Source: Actinomycetes bacterium (GTDB taxonomy: Bacteria > Actinomycetota > Actinomycetes > S36-B12 > UBA5976). Taken from it: a DNA stretch of 64,000 nt. The position numbers were made by a program, and so were the translations under genes. Below the pieces are notes generated by a model. It did no database searches, was not told where the DNA came from, and saw only the letters and a program-made list of their open reading frames with translations. Below, in pieces: positions 62,964-64,000 of the stretch; position 1 is the first letter of the stretch, and each line of letters begins with the position of its first letter. The stretch spans positions 7,450 to 71,449 of the forward strand of contig JASJMK010000058.1 of NCBI GenBank assembly GCA_037619625.1, read 5' to 3'.

Positions 62964-63608
62964 ATGGCTATCAACAAAAAGGGCATTCTGGGCGAAAAGC
63001 TCGGAATGACTCAGGTATGGGACGAGAACAACCGCGTTGTTCCCGTGACCGTTGTAAAGGCAGGACCTTGTGTTGTTACACAAATTCGTACGCCTGAAAA
63101 CGACGGCTACTCCGGTGTTCAAATCGCTTTTGGTCAAATTGATCCCCGCAAAGTAACCCAGCCAATGCTTGGACACTTTGCAAAAGCTGGTGTGACACCA
63201 CGTCGTCATCTACTTGAACTTCGTTTCGATGATGCATCTGCTTACACACTTGGCCAAGAGATGGGCGCTGACACTTTTGAAGTGGGCAGCAACATTGACA
63301 TCACTGGCGTCACCAAGGGTAAAGGTTTTGCTGGAGTTATGAAGCGCCACGGTTTCCACGGCGTTAGCGCATCTCACGGTGCCCATAAAAACCACCGCAA
63401 GCCAGGTTCCATCGGCGCTTGCGCAACACCGGGTCGAGTATTCAAGGGTGTTCGCATGGCAGGACGTATGGGTGGAATCACACAAACTACGCAGAATCTA
63501 AAAGTTCATTCAGTTGACATGGAAAAAGGCTTGATCCTAGTTAAGGGTGCAATTCCTGGCCCAGCAGGTTCAGTAGTCCTTCTTCGCAGCGCCGCGAAGG
63601 GAGCATAA
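62964..63608 (+). CDS. rplC: 50S ribosomal protein L3
   Basis: 214 aa; [15 protein letters not shown]...[14 protein letters not shown]. Confidence 0.98.
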   Translation: MAINKKGILGEKLGMTQVWDENNRVVPVTVVKAGPCVVTQIRTPENDGYSGVQIAFGQIDPRKVTQPMLGHFAKAGVTPRRHLLELRFDDASAYTLGQEMGADTFEVGSNIDITGVTKGKGFAGVMKRHGFHGVSASHGAHKNHRKPGSIGACATPGRVFKGVRMAGRMGGITQTTQNLKVHSVDMEKGLILVKGAIPGPAGSVVLLRSAAKGA

Positions 63609-63612
63609 CGTT

Positions 63613-64000
63613 ATGACTTCAGTAGCAATCAAAACTCCAGCAGGTAAAGCCGCTGGAACTGTTGATCTTCCAGATGAAATCTTTGATGTTCAAACCAACA
63701 TCGCGCTACTTCACCAGGTAGTAGTTGCACAACTTGCAGCTGCTCGCCAAGGTACGCATTCAACAAAGCGTCGCGGTGAAGTAAGTGGTTCAGGTAAGAA
63801 GCCTTTCAAGCAAAAGGGAACAGGTCGCGCCCGTCAGGGTTCGATTCGTGCACCTCAGTACCGCGGTGGTGGAATCACACATGGTCCACACCCACGCGAT
63901 TACGATCAGCGCACTCCTAAGAAAATGAAAGCTGCTGCACTTCGCGGCGCACTTTCAGATCGCGCGCGCAATGGAAACATTCACGTTCTTTCCTCAGTTG
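63613..64000 (+). CDS. rplD: 50S ribosomal protein L4, N-terminal part (continues past the window end)
   Basis: Own translation from ATG 63613: [87 protein letters not shown]...; open to the window end. Confidence 0.95.
   Translation, partial: MTSVAIKTPAGKAAGTVDLPDEIFDVQTNIALLHQVVVAQLAAARQGTHSTKRRGEVSGSGKKPFKQKGTGRARQGSIRAPQYRGGGITHGPHPRDYDQRTPKKMKAAALRGALSDRARNGNIHVLSSV

Overview
Gene-dense (about 90% coding by eye), roughly 50% GC (estimated, not computed) chromosomal segment from an Actinomycetota genome. Several syntenic blocks known from M. tuberculosis lie back to back: (1) pmt/rsmI-metG-tatD-G5 transglycosylase-rsmA-ispE, then glmU-prs-rplY-pth-mfd-mazG-eno-ftsB-DUF501-ppx; (2) greA-membrane protein-mca; (3) secA-Rv3235-like; (4) aspC-tRNA-Trp-secE-nusG-rplKA-rplJL-rpoBC-rpsLG-fusA-tuf-rpsJ-rplCD. 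Together with many 4-nt start/stop overlaps and convergent genes sharing stop codons, this suggests a small streamlined genome (inference: freshwater acI/Nanopelagicales-like or Luna-type actinobacterium). I call 62 protein genes (2 partial at the window edges), 3 tRNAs, several intrinsic terminators and a few candidate promoters and operators. I see no CRISPR array, integrase, transposase, prophage or multi-gene defence island, so most of the window is ordinary core genome. Observations worth a second look: (a) a two-gene toxin-antitoxin-like cassette with twin perfect palindromic operators, inserted antisense between rplA and rplJ; I cannot assign it to a family. (b) a tRNA with anticodon UAA that folds with a 5-nt variable loop instead of the class II arm expected for bacterial tRNA-Leu. 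(c) ribosomal protein L10 with an ~85-aa acidic tail built partly from perfect 33-bp tandem repeats. (d) an orphan SAF + CpaE/TadZ/Ssd-like degenerate ATPase pair with no tadABC genes. (e) a nucleoside 2-deoxyribosyltransferase-family gene standing alone between rpoC and rpsL. (f) a G5 protein at the rpfB locus whose catalytic domain is not Rpf-type. All family calls rest on motif recognition by eye; no searches were run.
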